A DNA stretch of 63,860 nt, counting the filler, from Lenisia limosa (lineage: Eukaryota; Protista; Breviatea): NCBI GenBank assembly GCA_001655205.1. It is 14 parts of 14 records of this genome, joined end to end, with 100 filler letters (N's around TTAATTAATTAA, not from the genome) between each part and the next. Parts side by side here need not be neighbours in the genome. Positions count along the whole stretch, not along the records: positions 9,150 to 12,638 come from LPNZ01000056.1; positions 12,739 to 18,819 come from LPNZ01008387.1; positions 18,920 to 22,854 come from LPNZ01004271.1; 11 more parts are not named here. The stretch is one strand, 5' to 3'. The position numbers and the translations under genes were made by a program. Below the pieces are notes generated by a model, which saw nothing but the letters and a program-made list of their open reading frames with translations, did no database searches and was not told where the DNA came from. This document shows, piece after piece, positions 9,447-22,000 of the stretch (positions within the stretch are counted from its first letter, which is position 1; each line of letters starts with the position of its first letter).

Positions 9447-12400
9447 GCGGCAGCTTATCTGTAACAGTCGAAGACCGTTTTTTTGGGACCAAGGTGGGGG
9501 GATTGGGGAGGGGGAGGATTGTGAAAGAAAAGGATAATGAGTATTGAGGGTATGGGAGGATTTGACAAGGAATAAGCAAGGGGATTCTCTCACTCTGGAT
9601 TCCTCGTCTTTTCCCTCTTGATTCCTCTTGTCATTTCCCTCTGTATTTCTCTGTTCATTTCCCTCTTAGTTCCTCTTTTCATTTCCCTCTTGGTTGTATC
9701 TCTATTTCATACCTTGGGCGTCACTTCAGTTGGAAAAAGGGAAATATCGACAGTTTTCGAGGATTTATCGAGAAATTCTGTCTTTTTTTGAAACGAAGTG
9801 AAGCCCTACGTGCATCTCTATTTCACTCAAGACTAACACATCACTCTTTCAGAAGCTCTCCGCTTTTCGCTCGGATGACAGTTCTCTCCATTCCATGTGA
9901 GTGTTTCTTCCTTCATCTTGGGAGCATGAAAATAAACATAATTAAATAATTACTTTTGGGTCATTTTCAGACGTGGGATCATAATCCACGTAGTGATAAG
10001 ATTAATCATATTCACTCGTGTGATAATTGACCGACAATTCTCAATAATACGCTGGTGTTATATTTGTTTATCATTTCGACTCAAAAATCGGTCATATTAT
10101 CATACCAATTGGAAATGGGTATTCTTAACCCTTTGTTTATTCTACGATCGCTGTTAAATATTCATTCATTAACCATTGTTTACCCCAAGCATGCAAGTCA
10201 CCTCCCCAAAGCTTTCTTCTAAGATGGCTGACAACATTTCCCTCTATCACCTATCCAGTTGTTGATTTTGGGGTTTCATAAATTTTCCAGTTTCAATCGT
10301 CAGTTCTTCATTCTATGACCCTTCTGATTTTGTTTGTTTTGGATTCATAAATTTTCCAGTTTTACTATTCAGGGCATCATTCTATGACCTCTGTTCGAGC
10401 CTCTCAGTCCCGCTGATTCTCTCTGTCGTTTCTTCTCTTCTCAAAGAAACGGTAAGCTAAGGCCACCCTGGCTAGGGGGAGGGGGGACATAAGTCAACTT
10501 GATGAGAGGGGACTGCAAGGGAGAGGTAAGTCTTAAGTCTTGTCATCACAAGCTTTGGGTGTTCGCAGGCAAGCGCCAATTCAATCATACAGCTATACGA
10601 TACAGTTTTTTAAAAGATGATTCAAGACGAACTCTCCCCACTTACAGAAGCGATATCCGCGGTTAGATTGGAAGCCAGTTCATATTTCAAATCAGTTTTA
10701 ATCTGTTCGGAAATAAAACTGGACTTTGACTTTTTCAAAAGCAAAGTGTACAATAAATTCGAAACCAAGCTTTTGAAACAATCGAACCTGTCTAACTAAG
10801 CATCTAACTAAGCAAACAGTAATTCACTTACATAATCGCATTTAGACAGTTTGTCCACCTGTTCATTGTCTAATAATATGACAACACATCTTCACCTGTC
10901 ATACCAATGTTTCGGATGGTGGTGGCTTTCAGGTTTTGTGAGATCCTTTTCGTCCAATTGGAATTGAAGAGCGTTGAATGATTCCATAATGACGGCGCTT
11001 TTATCGAAAAGAACATTAGCAGGGCAGAAGTTCGAAGTATCAGGCCCAAAGTGAACGTTCTGATAATCAGCAATAAAGTCTACCCCACTTGTCGAGGGGT
11101 ACTTCAGAACCAGTAGTAGCTTTCCTGGTTCCTGCAGCGCAATAGTCCGTTCAGCACACCGTGTCGGGATGCACATCAGAACGTCCTTCATCAAACTTTT
11201 CGAAGGGAATCTTCTTTTCATTGCAGAACTGTGCGAAAAGAACACGTGCAACCGAGCTTGGTTTCCCACCGCCACACTCAAACAAATGAATCTAGTCATT
11301 AAAAAATCCCTGCCCAAAGCTATTATCCTCTCTCGTTACTAAGGGGAGGTGGGGATGAGAACCTACATGAGAATCCTGCTCGATTGTTATCATGACGGTT
11401 GCGCAAGAGTCTAACGGGAATGCAAAGATGGTTGGTTCCTTGATAAAGCCAATTTCATTTCTCCAATAATGTACGTTTTTCAAGGAATTCACAATAAAAT
11501 TAACAAGGATTAATTCCATTCCTGGTAAATCTAGAGGCAGTTAACCTCTTATTTATATACATCTAGCAAAAAACGATTTCATTTCAGACGCATAGTGGTT
11601 GAATATGGGCTTTTGGAGAAGATGTAACCGGCGTTTTGAGTTGAGGTCTTCGTCAACCACAATCATTTCACAATAATATACAGCAACCCACACAAGCTGG
11701 AGGATCTAATAGGCATCCAGACTTGAATTATCAGGCCGCGTATTACACTGCTGAAATTCTGATGTAAATTAATGCTTAAATCTGAGACCCGATCCTTTTC
11801 GCACTCACTTTCTCTTTTTTATACATCCCAGAGTTTCTTAATTTCAAGCCAGTTAATGTTGGTTTCGTACATTTGATGCACTAAATATCAGTATTACTTC
11901 CTTTGTTTCCTTGGTATTAATTTTATTGATAATTTTAAACCCCTTTTTACCACCCAATTTTAACACCTTTTCACCACCCCTCTCCAGCACGTAGTCGTCA
12001 TGTCCGAGTCTCTATCCAAAGTAGTGAACACAGTCCATGCCTTGGCCGCGTGTCTACAACCCTTTTCATGGCAACACATTTTCATCCCAATACTCCCCCC
12101 GAACCTCCACGAATATCTCTCGGCTCCAATGCCATATTTGGTAGGCGGTTATTACTAGGGCTTCACTTCTGTTCGAAAAAATACTTTTCTCGATAAATCT
12201 TCGAAAACTTTGCTGGACTTTTTCGAACCGAAGTAAAGCCCTAGTTATTACTTATGGTTAGGGCTTCACTTCGATTCGAAAAAGACCGGTAAATTATCGA
12301 TAGTTTTCGAGGATTTATCGAGAAATTCAGTTTTTTTCGAACTGAAGGGAAGTCCTACTTATGGTCCCACAAAAAAGACCGAATTTCTCACAATTCCTCG

Positions 12401-12638
12401 AACAATGTCGATATGTTTGAGGTCTTTTCCGGAGGTGTTAAATGACACCCCGTTTCAGTATTGTTCTTCTAAGTTTGCCACTGATACACCCCCCACCCCC
12501 CGAACTACCATCGTCAGTCTCTGTTTCAATTGGAGGTGGAACTACATAGGTCATGATTAATGAATTTAAGTATTTTTGAATCACTATGAAACAAATCATA
12601 TTATACCTTTAGTGTCATGGATTTATCCACAAATACCC
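9447..12638 (+). CDS. DENN-domain protein (Rab GEF family), internal exons
   Basis: Exons 9447-9493, about 9852-9895, 10373-10451, 11988-12140 splice in phase to ...SFYDLCSSLSVPLILSVVSSLLKETHVVVMSESLSKVVNTVHALAACLQPFSWQHIFIPILPPNLHEYLSAPMPYL, the cDENN core (PFxWQHxxIPxLP...APxPY); possible VMDLSTN exon near 12612. Confidence 0.88.
9592..9705. repeat. Imperfect minisatellite of about 24 bp (ttccctcttggttcctcttttcat-like) in a DENN intron
   Basis: Four to five degenerate tandem units visible. Confidence 0.7.
12156..12243. mobile_element. hAT-type MITE with perfect 8-bp TSD
   Basis: GTTATTAC at 12148-12155 and 12244-12251. Confidence 0.92.
12259..12357. mobile_element. hAT-type MITE with perfect 8-bp TSD, adjacent to the previous copy
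   Basis: CTTATGGT at 12251-12258 and 12358-12365. Confidence 0.92.
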
Positions 12639-13243
12639 NNNNNNNNNNNNNNNNNNNNNNNNNNNNNNNNNNNNNNNNNNNNTTAATTAATTAANNNNNN
12701 NNNNNNNNNNNNNNNNNNNNNNNNNNNNNNNNNNNNNNACTGACTGAGCCTTTCTCGATATAGAACCAACCTCCTGAAAGCAGTTGATTGGAAAATCAAA
12801 GCTGGTAAAACCAAAACCGCAGGTTTGACAAAAGTCTGTGAATTAATCCGGCAACACAGAACACTTTTTCACGTCCCCCTTACAAACAATATTCCGTTTT
12901 GTTGTTTTCAACCTTCGTGTGTTGCTATTTAACAGAAATGTTTTTGGGATTTTTTGTTTTATAAATAATATTCCAATTTTACNNNNNNNNNNNNNNNNNN
13001 NNNNNNNNNNNNNNNNNNNNNNNNNNNNNNNNNNNNNNNNNNNNNNNNNNNNNNNNNNNNNNNNNNNNNNNNNNNNNNNNNNNNNNNNNNNNNNNNNNNN
13101 NNNNNNNNNNNNNNNNNNNNNNNNNNNNNNNCAGCCCAGGCTTTGAGGGTATGGGCAATTTATTAATATTTTGATTGATATGGCTTTGAGGGTATTGATA
13201 TGGCTTTGAGGTGAAGGTGGGCTATTCATGTATACAATATATA

Positions 13244-13321
13244 CAGTGACCTGGATAAGTTTTGATCTATTTTCCTTGGGAAATCACATAGTTAATCGGA
13301 CAAGACTATTTTAAGTCCCTG
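13244..13321. mobile_element. Tc1/mariner-type MITE (about 78 bp), diverged
   Basis: ta|cagtgacc...gtccctg|ta; homologous to the cleaner copy at 56243. Confidence 0.7.
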
Positions 13322-13389
13322 TATGGACATGTGGCTTTAAGTCAATCTATATTGCTTTGGGGCTCTAATTCACGAAGGCTCAAATCAGC

Positions 13390-14070
13390 CCTGGTCTGCT
13401 GCCCGATGAAAGCGAGGCTCTTTTGCTGAACTACGGACCTTTCCCGTCAAGCAGAAATCAGAACAAGAAAGCCTGGGACTGTGAGAGGGGGGAGGACAAT
13501 TTTTTTTTTATTTTTTTTTTTTTNNNNNNNNNNNNNNNNNNNNNNNNNNNNNNNNNNNNNNNNNNNNNNNNNNNNNNNNNNNNNNNNNNNNNNNNNNNNN
13601 NNNNNNNNNNNNNNNNNACCCTGACATCGCAGCCAAAATTCAGATTGCTATATACTACATACATATTGTTTTTTTACAATAATATTATGGCGAAGACCTG
13701 ACGTCTCAGCCAAATTTCTCATTGCTATCTCTGTTATTCTATGGCGAAGACCTGACATCACAGCCAAGTTTCTCTTCTGGCGATCCACGATCGAGGCTGT
13801 TCTTGCGGACCAAGGCATATTTCTTATTTCGGCTCCCCTTCTCATGGGAATGCTAGCAGCCCGAACCGGGATAAAGCCCCGAGGGGTGCACGTGATTATG
13901 GTGGGGGAGATACTCTGCTTTGACATTATTGGACTGTGTTGGGGGTAGAGGGTGTACAGTCTGCATTGACATTTATAGGATCACTTCATGAGAGACGCCA
14001 AACTTTGCCTTCAGTCTGAAAAGGCTCAACTTTACCGAAAATTTGGGTTTGAGGGATGAATGCAAGAGTT
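13390..14070 (+). CDS. Unidentified gene fragment; last exon weakly GNAT-like
   Basis: Candidate exons GLLPDESEALLLNYGPFPVKQKSEQESLGL, KFLFWRSTIEAVLADQGIFLISAPLLMG..., DHFMRDAKLCLQSEKAQLYRKFGFEG*; LYRKFGF resembles GNAT motif B. Phases not fully verified. Confidence 0.35.
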
Positions 14071-14097
14071 CGAGCAATTTAGTAGGGGGGGTGGACT

Positions 14098-14185
14098 TAG
14101 GGCTTCACTTTGGTTGAAAAAACACTGTATTTTTCGAAAATTATTGATATATTAGGGGTATTTTTCGAACCGAAGTGAAGCCCTA
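14098..14185. mobile_element. hAT-type MITE, TSD matches 7/8
   Basis: ggtggact / ggtggaat flanks. Confidence 0.85.
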
Positions 14186-15509
14186 GGTGGAATATATTGA
14201 TTATGACTACGTGAATTAATTGAGGAATTCATTTCAAATTTGATTGCAAACGGAACGCAATTTCGGACACTATAATTTAAACTTAAGATGATTGATATAC
14301 TGGGAGGAATGCTGGGCTAACAACTTCAACTGACGCTAACAACTTCAGGGTTACTGATGCTTTGGCGCTTCCTTTTGTATCACCTTATTCTCCCCTCCGG
14401 TATGATGGTGGTGGTGGTGATGATGAGATGATGATGATGGAGATGGTAATAATGATATTGGTGGTATTATTTCCTCATTGAAGATTCTTCCCCCTTCTTT
14501 GATTCCTATTTGTTTATTTCTGCTCCTTATTCTTTTCATTACAGTGACCGTGATAAGTCATGACTATGACTTCAAGAACAAAACAAAAACAAACTAAAAC
14601 ACCCCAGTTCAAACATAGTACACTACAGCCTGTAAGGAAAAGTCTTACTTTTAAATTATCAAACAAACTTCGACTGCCTCAACCAAAAGCCCGGTTTTGA
14701 TGGTGAGGTCTTTCCATGCCTTAAATCGGTAGTTGTGCAGAGGCCTTATTTTGGAAGACAAACCCATGCATATATTATTATGTAATCATATTGGGAGGAT
14801 ATACATATGTACATAAACTAAATCTTAACCAGGCAAATCAGGCTTTAACTTGGAACTCCAAGGTACCATGGTTGGTCTTGGTGCAATGTTGTGGGGGTAA
14901 AGCATGATGCTGGAAGGAGCAGGGTTGCTCAAGCAGAAGCCGTTAGCTGATACATGGTTTAGTTCTAAAACATAACATACAACCTCAAGTACCATACGTT
15001 GGTGGACATCTGGCAAGGAGGACACAAATGTGTGAGAATATTCCTTTTCAGGCTGCAGGGTAATCCCATCCAGAAACAACACGTCGAGCTTTCCTTCAAA
15101 ATTAAACCATTGTAATACACATACTGCTATACAAGGTCGTGACATGAAGCTATCCGTCTGGGTTTACAAGAAAATGTTGAGAGCTAAATGGTAAAGGCGC
15201 ACACTTCTTACCCATCCTTTCCCTTAAACAACGTATGGACGACAAGCACAAGGTCCTCCCTCGCCCCTCCAGTGACGTAGTAGTTTCTCAGCTGGAAAAC
15301 CGGGGCGGTTGCTCTCTTCACGAATGGGAAGATAAGTTTTGTCGCTGGAAAACAAAAAAGGTCGCCTCTACGCATGAAACTTAGCTTCCTATCGTAATAC
15401 CGAAAATTATCGATAGTTTATCGAGGCTTTGCTTGAGTCAAAGTAGAACTTTTTCAAGTGAAATCAGTTGCAATAATAATAATAATAATTTTATCAAAAT
15501 GAGGTGACA

Positions 15510-15896
15510 TTAATTACACAATTTTAGCATCAGGAACCTGCATGCCGACAAGGGCCTCGGTAACGCGCATGTGGAAGCTCTTGCGGTCAATAGATGGGCG
15601 TCCAGCAGATGAGAGGAAGTCAGCGTACGTGGGCATTGATCATGAGAGAACATGGTTGATCTCAAAGAATCGAGTCCGCGAGGAGATGGGAATGGGCAAT
15701 AGGTGGCCCAGTTGTCATGGGACCAGATATCCTTGATGTTGGACCTTGGGCAAACACCATTACCACTGACTAAGCCGAAGTACCGCTTGATGTCGGAAGT
15801 CGAGACAAACGCAATGTCAGCCAGAGGCTCCTTGGTGAAGCGTAGATAGGTGGGAAGAGTGGTAGATGGATCTCGGAGACTGATGGAGGTTAACAA
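15510..15896 (-). pseudogene. piggyBac-like transposase relic (frameshifted, internally deleted)
   Basis: STSDIKRYFGL...NIKDIWSHD, then after a frameshift SRTRFFEINHVLS* and DRKSFHMRVTEALVG; these resemble the N-terminal and C-terminal piggyBac transposase motifs with the DDD core missing. Confidence 0.62.
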
Positions 15897-16549
15897 TACA
15901 AGAGATTTTGCGGATAATTATGAAAAAAACAAAAAAAAAATGAAAAATGAAAAAGCAATGATGAACAAATAACAATGCTTGGTTTCAGAAAGGATGACAT
16001 AGATGGGGCGAGCGCAAGAAGCAAACGATGAAGCTCTTCAAGCTCCTATACAATGAGAAATGACCCCCTTAGATTACCTGCGATCCAAGTTAGTGGTCAC
16101 CAACAGGCACAAATATTCGATTGTAAGTTGAAACAACTCTAGACAATACCTGGGGCGGCAGCGTCAGCCATTATGTTGTACAGCAGAGTAAGGACAACTC
16201 GTCAACCTACTCAATGGTAGTGGGCTTGATATCTCGGTAGACAACTCCAATTCTCTAATTGTCACCACCCAGTTGGATTTTGGAGCTGAGCACAACATAT
16301 ATTTATATCTCAATGCTAGATCGCCAATTACACACGGACTTGGAACATCGCTATTTTTTGTCCCGGTTTCTGGAGAAAGAAATCTGCCAATATTCAAATA
16401 ATTTGGTGACCCTAGGGAAGCTAATATCTTTATTCAGCCAGTATGGCACTTATCGCGGTAACTGTACAGTACAACTTTTGCTTCCTCTCTTGTCTAGAAA
16501 AATTGCTATTTTTATTTAGTTCTAATAATATCTTATTTCCACTTACTCT

Positions 16550-18750
16550 CTAGATGGGTATGGCAATCGGTTACAGCCCCAAAAGAGGTCCCAACCGATG
16601 CAGAGGTAAAGAGGGGGGTGGGGTCAATATCGCACCGTAATCATTTTTTAATTCTATCTCTCATAGGTTGATAGTGTCTTTATCTAGAATGTTTATTATC
16701 ATATCATAATTAGAGAATGTTTATTATCATATCATAATTAGGGCTCAGTGCATTTAATTTTTTGAAGAAATTAATTGGAAAATTTTGAAATTCAAGTGTC
16801 TGAAATGGAGTTCCCACGACAATATGGCCCACGTCAAATTTGGCAGCTAATTTTTCAATTAATTGCAAGAAGCCCTAATCATTATACTTCTTGCTCAAAT
16901 AACAAACTTTCATATGTATTTGAACCCTCACCTCAAACTCATCTTTTTTGTTCATTTCTTTCATAAACTAATCACTTTTCCTATTCACTTGTCAGAGTAA
17001 AAAGCGGATAGGTTCGGAAATGTGGATCTATGTTCCAACATTAAAGGTTTGGACTGCTTCCATTAGAGCTTTTCATTTCAAATTTACTATATTAAGAAGT
17101 TTTAAACTTGCCACTTGCAATATCCGGCAGTTTCTCACTTACTTTATTAGGAAGTTTCCGAACAAGTCCTCCAAAACTGTCTTGAGCATATTGGAATGGC
17201 CACTGATGAGGTCATGAGTATAGTTGACTTGAAAGCTCTCATACCAGAACATTGGAANNNNNNNNNNNNNNNNNNNNNNNNNNNNNNNNNNNNNNNNNNN
17301 NNNNNNNNNNNNNNNNNNNNNNNNNNNNNNNNNNNNNNNNNNNNNNNNNNNNNNNNNNNNNNNNNNNNNNNNNNNNNNNNNNNNNNNNNNNNNNNNNNNN
17401 NNNNNNNNNNNNNNNNNNNNNNNNNNNNNNNNNNNNNNNNNNNNNNNNNNNNNNNNNTTATCGCCAGACCCAGATCTCTTAACTCAGCCTTCTTTCTTAC
17501 ACGTCCTTCACATATCTCTTATCTAAGATCCTGTTGATTTCACATCCCTGGGGTTTGTTTTGTTCAACCCTCGTGTGTTGTCCAGGCAAGAGTTTATTTG
17601 GGCTTTTTTGTTTCATAAATTTCCTTCGTTTTACTCTCACCAACATATCAAATTATTCGGCTCATGATTAGTACCTTCACGCCAATAATTTTCATCAAAA
17701 TTTCCTTCGTTTTACTCCCTCAGACGTATCCAGCGTGTTTTTTGGATCAGCAGATCGACGTACTTGTTGATGATTGGGTGGAACATAAAAAGGCAACACG
17801 TGTGCAGTGCCAGGATTGTGCGGTACGTGGGGGAGGGGAGATTATTGTCTATATATAATGAGAAATAAAAAACAAGGTTGTATCTGGCCGAAGCCGGTAT
17901 GTTACAGTGTTCTTCATAAGGAATGTTTCTTCTTACCATATTAGGGAATCCACTTTATGACAGAAACGGGCCTTCCGCCAACAGTTGCCCAAAGTGTTCT
18001 CGGAATGAAGGAATCTCTCAGGAAGGTCCAAATTTTAGTACACGACTTTGGGCAAAAGTCTCAAGAGTGTGTTAGGCTGGGCTTCTCTACTGTCCGAACA
18101 AGTCCGTCAAAATATCGTTATTCAGTGACCGTGATAAGTTTTAACCAATTTCCATTGGGAAATCACACAGCAAATCTGTCAAGACTTATCCCGTTCAGTA
18201 TATTGATGTGTATGTATATATATAACGAGGATTTATCGAGAAATTGAGTCTTTTTATAAACCAAAACAAACCCTAATGATTTTGGNNNNNNNNNNNNNNN
18301 NNNNNNNNNNNNNNNNNNNNNNNNNNNNNNNNNNNNNNNNNNNNNNNNNNNNNNNNNNNNNNNNNNNNNNNNNNNNNNNNNNNNNNNNNNNNNNNNNNNN
18401 NNNNNNNNNNNNNNNNNNNNNNNNNNNNNNNNCACAGCGAGAAGCGGTGAAATATAATAAGCAAGGTAGGTAGCTTACACCCCTACTATTTTATTGCTTA
18501 TTGGATTATTAATATATATATTACTATCAATACTTGGTATTTGATATTCTATGATATCATATGTTGACAAGTATACATATCATGTCATATAATACATGTA
18601 TAATATATGATATATAGTATGTATACTATGATCTTCTAAAGTTATGTAGCTATAAGTAGTGTTACATGTATCTTATCCCCCCCCCCAGGTTCCAAATCTT
18701 TAGCACTCAATATGCTTCGGCGGTCCAAACAGCTCTCCGGTTTGGGGGTT
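16550..18750 (+). CDS. Unidentified multi-exon gene fragment
   Basis: GT-AG bounded exons WVWQSVTAPKEVPTDAE, TYPACFLDQQIDVLVDDWVEHKKATRVQCQDCA, ETGLPPTVAQSVLGMKESLRK, GSKSLALNMLRRSKQLS. Confidence 0.45.
16739..16877. mobile_element. Second hAT-type MITE family (TAGGGCT ends, different interior); partial homolog at about 337-440
   Basis: tagggct...agcccta with atcataat / atcattat flanks (7/8); interior gaagaaattaattg...gtgtctgaaatggagttc shared with 337-440. Confidence 0.78.
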
Positions 18751-19069
18751 ATATATTTGCATTTAGATTTAGTGGGGTGGGGGGGATATAAACTTTAGAT
18801 GCCGGGATACGGTTCGAAANNNNNNNNNNNNNNNNNNNNNNNNNNNNNNNNNNNNNNNNNNNNTTAATTAATTAANNNNNNNNNNNNNNNNNNNNNNNNN
18901 NNNNNNNNNNNNNNNNNNNGTTTTTTCTTTTTTTTTCTTTTTTTTTTTCTTCTTTTTCTTTTTCTTTATTTCCGGTTGTGACCCTTTCTTTTCCCACATT
19001 TCCTTAGATTAGCCCCTCCCCTTTTTTTGTTTCAACGTCTTCTTTCACCCTATCTCCCATTTTCACGCC

Positions 19070-22000
19070 TTCAGTGTCTGCACGTGGCGCAATTTAGACA
19101 ACGTGCCGTTCAGACTCGAGTTCTCGTTCAATAGTGTGCTGTATATGGTAAGTGGGATGTCTGTATATGGTAAGTTGGGATTATCTGTAGTTGCCCCTCC
19201 CAGTATCTCAGCGTTTTGTTTCTAAGTCAAAACAGTATTTCTTTGTTTGTTTTGTTGTTATCAACCATTGTGTGTTGTCAGTCAACAGAATTGATTTGGG
19301 TTATTTTGTTTCATATATTTTCCAATTNNNNNNNNNNNNNNNNNNNNNNNNNNNNNNNNNNNNNNNNNNNNNNNNNNNNNNNNNNNNNNNNNNNNNNNNN
19401 NNNNNNNNNNNNNNNNNNNNNNNNNNNNNNNNNNNNNNNNNNNNNNNNNNNNNTAAGAACCTTTCTTTCGAATTTGTTTGGAGGGGTATTGCAGGATAGT
19501 TTGTGGATATTTAGACTTTGTGTGCTTTTTTTAAAAAAAGAAAGAAACATATAGCTATATATATACTATATATGTGTATGTGGGGTGTAGTGGGTTGAGT
19601 ATAGGGCTTCACTTCAAAAAAAGACTGCATTTCTCGATAAATCTTCGAAAACTATCGATATTTTACTAGTCTTTTTTGAAGGGCTTCACTTCGGTCCGAA
19701 ACAGCCCGGTACAATATCGTTAGTTTTTGAGAATTATCGAGACAGTCTTTTTTCGAACCGAAGTGAGTACAACACGGCATACTTGCTGACCACTCCAGGA
19801 CGAATCCGATGAAATGACGGTTCATTCCGCGTTCTATTGTATTCAGGCCGTGTCATGGAGTTCTGTCCATAGGTGGGTTGAAGTTCAAAGCCAGGACGAG
19901 TTTTCATGATTCGCTGTGTATGATACTATCACTTGTGGATATGGGTCATCGTCGTTTGGCTAACTTCTCCAGCTATGGAACCGACAAGATTCCCTCAAAC
20001 TACCTCACTGGAACCGCTGCCATTAACGTCTACGCGTGGGGGGGGGGGTATTGTCTTCGGTCCCAAAAAAAGACAGACAAATCCTCGATAAATGTCGATA
20101 TTTTATCGGTCTTTTTAGGAACGTAGGAAGCCCTAATTGTATGCATATATTATAGTAAATCTATGCTTGGGTATTAAAGTATTTATATTTGATGATCGTG
20201 ATTCAGATGGACAAACCTCCTCGTTCTTATTCCTTTACTCATTTTCAAAAAAAAAAAACGTGTTCCCTACATTATCATTTTTTGAAAATGTTAACAAAAC
20301 ACCTCATTTTTTTTAGTCAATCCGGAGCAGCAATGCAAACATTTGCCGTGATGGAGGAAAATGGTGGGGGGTGGTGGTGATGGATGTATGTAGGATCTCT
20401 ATGATCCTAGTTTCAATAAAATTTTACAACAAAATGGCAAAATGATGGTGGCGGGGCCCATCCAGCCAACAGAGTTGATTTGTGCCTTTTTTTTTCATTC
20501 CAATTTTACTCCTCCAGACGACTTCGGCTGTTTCAGCGGCAAAGCCTATGCCGGGGCCATCCCTTCCACCGACTGTACTCCCTATCACAGCGACCTGGGC
20601 ATTGTGGGGGGTTTCTATGATGACTAGGACATTGTCTGTGTGTGTGTGGGTTTATATGTATGTACCTAATTACTTTGTATTTCAAATATATGAAGTGATA
20701 CTTTGTTTGCCAAATAAAAAAGTGGACACGATTTTTTTTTCCCTCACACTGTAGGATGCCCCTGTCGCTAAGACCTTCTTCCTCCATTGTAACACCAAAT
20801 GTATGGGGGGGGGGGGGGNNNNNNNNNNNNNNNNNNNNNNNNNNNNNNNNNNNNNNNNNNNNNNNNNNNNNNNNNNNNNNNNNNNNNNNNNNNNNNNNNN
20901 NNNNNNNNNNNNNNNNNNNNNNNNNNNNNNNNNNNNNNNNNNNNNNNNNNNNNNNNNNNNNNNNNNNNNNNNNNNNNNNNNNNNNNNNNNNNNNNNNNNN
21001 NNNNNNNNNNNNNNNNNNNNNNNNGGGGGGGGGGGAGATTGAGTTTTGAATATTTTGAATATGAATGGTTTTTTGAGATGTTTTTGGGCTTCTCCGATTT
21101 TCGCCTACCATATTTGGGAGGTGGCTACTTGATTAACTTACCATATTAGGTAAGTGGTGACGGTTGCACTCAATTTTGCGAGAAGGAAGTCGGATGGTGG
21201 TGCGCCAATGAGCAAGGCGGAGAATGTGCTGATTTAAAGTGGGTGTAACAAGTGAAGCAACAAGTTTAAAGGGTTACAAAGTGTAACAATTAAAAAATGT
21301 TAACGGTGTCAAGGGTGTAACAAGTGTTGGGTGTAAGTCTGATTTGGTTTTTTTTTTACAAGAGCTGGATTCAGCCAAATACAACCTTGTTTTATTTATC
21401 ATCAATACAATTAGTGTGATGGTGTGGACGGCTTTAGTCAGATACTACCATGTTTTATTGTTATGTTGTAATCTTGATTTAACTATTTAGTGAATGCTGG
21501 GTATGCAATGATCCAGTTGAGCTTCGCGGATCCCCAAAATCAGCCTGTACCAACCCCAACGTCCCCGGTCTTTCCCAAATGGAATGGCTTCGTGGATGTG
21601 GCGACTCAAGCAGCTGTGTTAACAAGGACGAGGGTCGCGGCTACCAGTGCAAAGTTAGAGGTTATGGGTAGGACTTCACTTTGGTTCGAAAAATCCGGCA
21701 ACATATCGATAGTTTTCAAGTCTTTTTTCGAACTGAAGTGAAGCCCTAGTTATGGTGTAAAGTTATGGGGTATTATCAAATGTAATATGTATATATATTT
21801 GTGTTTTTGTCATATGGTGTTTAGCGTTGGTTTTGCTTGTTTTGGTTCGTGAATACCTTTACGCCAATACTCTTCATAGAAATTTCCTTCATTTTACATA
21901 CGCTGGAGTGATGGATGCGTTGTTGCGCCTGGGCTTTGTTTGTNNNNNNNNNNNNNNNNNNNNNNNNNNNNNNNNNNNNNNNNNNNNNNNNNNNNNNNNN

